A DNA stretch of 62,880 bases, counting the filler. It is 3 parts of 3 records of this genome, joined end to end, with 100 filler letters (N's around TTAATTAATTAA, not from the genome) between each part and the next. Parts side by side here need not be neighbours in the genome. Positions count along the whole stretch, not along the records: positions 40,330 to 62,880 come from SRR20825006_276; 2 more parts are not named here. One strand, written 5' to 3'. The notes under the pieces are model-generated. The model saw only the letters and a program-made list of their open reading frames with translations. It was not told where the DNA came from and searched no databases. Numbering within the stretch: position 1 is the first letter of the stretch; every line of letters begins with the position of its first letter. Positions 61,901-62,880 of the stretch are shown here, in pieces. A program made the position numbers and the translations under genes.

Positions 61901-62737
61901 CAACCGGCGATGATTGCCGAAGAACTCAAGCAACTGACTGACAAGAAAAGCGAACTGGACGAAAGACTCTCGGCGTCTCAAAAAGAGCTTTGGAGTCTGA
62001 ATCAAAGACTGGACGCCATCAACGGAAGCAGTGAGGCGTCCAAACTCTCGCAGCAAATGCAATTCTCACTTGGAAAACTCCAGCGGGAATCGGAAGAGTA
62101 CATCCGTCTGCGATTGGCGGCGGCGATCTTGCAACGGGCCATGGAACATTATCGCAATCAAAACCAAGAACCAGTGCTGCGCGAGGCAGAATCCTTTTTT
62201 GCGACGCTGACTTGCAACGAATATCAATCCCTGCGCGTCGACTACGGGGACAGCGACAAACCATCGCTGTTCGGTGTTCGGGACGGGATCGACGTGCCGG
62301 CCAATCGCATGAGCACCGGCACCGCGGACGCCTTGTACTTGGCGTTGCGGCTGGCATCCTTGAAACATCAATTGTCACTTACCAATCCGATCCCCCTGAT
62401 CATCGACGATTGCTTGATCCAGCTCGACGATCGCCGTGCCGCCGCGGCACTGAGGGTATTCTCGGAACTCTCCACCACCACCCAAGTCATCTTGTTCACG
62501 CACCACGATCACTTGGTCGACTTGGCGTCCGAAACGCTGCCCGAGGACGGCTACCACGTTCACCGGCTGGGAGAAGCCAGTTCAACCGCATCCGGGTCAT
62601 CCGCTAAACCGGCCACTTCGGATCCAAAACCAAAGAAGAGACCTGCGCGGAAAAAGGCGTCCCCCAAAGCATCGCCGAAAAAGCCAGACGAGAGTCTCTC
62701 GCCTCCCGACACGCTGTTTGACGTGTTCTCACCGTGA
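58955..62737 (+). CDS. YhaN/SbcC-like SMC-type ATPase
   Basis: Walker A GPNESGKS, long coiled coil, signature MSTGT, Walker B LIIDD, H-loop LFTHH; ATGA overlap with the upstream gene. Confidence 0.88.
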   Translation: MIIERLDLIAFGHITNRSLDLSAGPNRFHLIVGPNESGKSTSLRAISSWLFGMKKYAKDHEFLHPANKLRVGGRLVKNPSDRDSEIALDCIRRRGVKGSLRGADDKKQIEETELQQMLGGIDESTFGSQFGLSYEELHRGGEQILRGEGELGEILFSAGAGIGQFRDILDQLGTETNERFKSAGKNPLINTLLRQLEDMRRQLRDAQVPPAEFADLQKQLAEKEAQIANWRAESQSLVQQMGRLQSAENALPLIPRWKAATQELASVQDAPTLSEDFSDRRREWEQDQKSTTLHLATLQKQHDDLTLKLKQIGHDDSIGMFEGEVLALYRELPGREKAEAEKETLQQSLTALEQEMRSRLRDLAFEETSKPTGNQPTPDDRDSLSQQVDSLQIGESQRAKIQRLAGEYEKLVQQRDDASDDLDKAKRELTMAEEALAESNVPAQFQLLDRTLEEMGAPDRWIESARREQTLVDKLARECQTIHRRLKLDPTSDDNAIASAVELSPPTPSQLTELTRALDQAGNEVMLCRQRAKERQQALATAEEKLASLKADTGDLPTHDDLRDARKHRDQILSAMKQNVGDYSADQWSEELAAIELAIHRVDSMAEIFHSQHESIYRRQAAQNNLDQLQRQATEHDSALAEAQAALAKAEDNWQSIWRDAGIPAGDPDTMRTWISDHQKLIDQFADLQTAITQRDQAHAQLRQAISRLQQALEIPEPDNSSEDSLGQTCTILSRLHDVALTQHAEQRQQIKIREQRENKRDECRTEIPRLESDLQRRQSALDSWNQQWDELTASLNLASKPAPQDALSMMDSITQLIGQKKQRDEISLRIAETNQETDAFVRRAVRLRDSLATPDADSPTSTASSDPAIGLVELAESINSAHERLQREQRARSARDEVQQQLRQREKELLDARKQLNRLAITQQQLCGEAHCSTPEELGEVEERCRRHAIAKDRVDGLQGQLDLAASGQDRESFIESLQGQQPAMIAEELKQLTDKKSELDERLSASQKELWSLNQRLDAINGSSEASKLSQQMQFSLGKLQRESEEYIRLRLAAAILQRAMEHYRNQNQEPVLREAESFFATLTCNEYQSLRVDYGDSDKPSLFGVRDGIDVPANRMSTGTADALYLALRLASLKHQLSLTNPIPLIIDDCLIQLDDRRAAAALRVFSELSTTTQVILFTHHDHLVDLASETLPEDGYHVHRLGEASSTASGSSAKPATSDPKPKKRPARKKASPKASPKKPDESLSPPDTLFDVFSP

Positions 62738-62880
62738 TTGTTTCGAGGCTTCGCCTCCGAATTATCAACAACAACTCTTCTGAAGCCGTTCACGCAAATT
62801 CGCCTCGGGATGAGCCGACGTCCTTAGGACGGAGCGGAAAACAAGTGGCGTAGGCTTCCAGCCTTTTTATACCCCACATC

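Noticed and set aside
62845-62864. GTGGCGTAGGCTTCCAGCCT possible planctomycete REP-like element
   Set aside because: Single copy at the window edge; repetition cannot be shown from this sequence.

Overview
The window is not one locus. It is three unrelated contigs joined by artificial 100-nt N spacers carrying TTAATTAATTAA (20578-20677 and 40230-40329). (1) 1-20577 is a GC-rich alphaproteobacterial (Thalassospira-like, a guess) denitrification island: nirN (partial), norCBQDEF, ric/ytfE, ubiTUV, nosRZDFYLX and a partial kdpE-like regulator. It carries five FNR/NnrR-type boxes, one of which appears to drive an unannotated ~80-nt small RNA. (2) 20678-40229 is an AT-rich Flavobacteriaceae-like segment: type I RM hsdR, a susC/susD/EEP/EEP operon and hydrolases. 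Its highlight is a compact module of XRE-HTH, an atypical ECF sigma factor and a nuclease-dead, C-terminally truncated Cas12f/TnpB-like protein. The module is followed by two tandem structured RNA repeats with different 3' tails, and a third diverged copy lies ~10 kb away beside the susC upstream region. This architecture matches RNA-guided transcription (dCas12f-sigmaE) systems. I could not identify a convincing guide target inside the window. (3) 40330-62880 is a Planctomycetes (Pirellulaceae-like) segment: dus, surface-polysaccharide genes, a large 12-repeat DUF11 surface protein, a PSP1-domain protein and a YhaO/YhaN (SbcD/SbcC-like) pair. All calls come from reading motifs by eye; no database searches were run.
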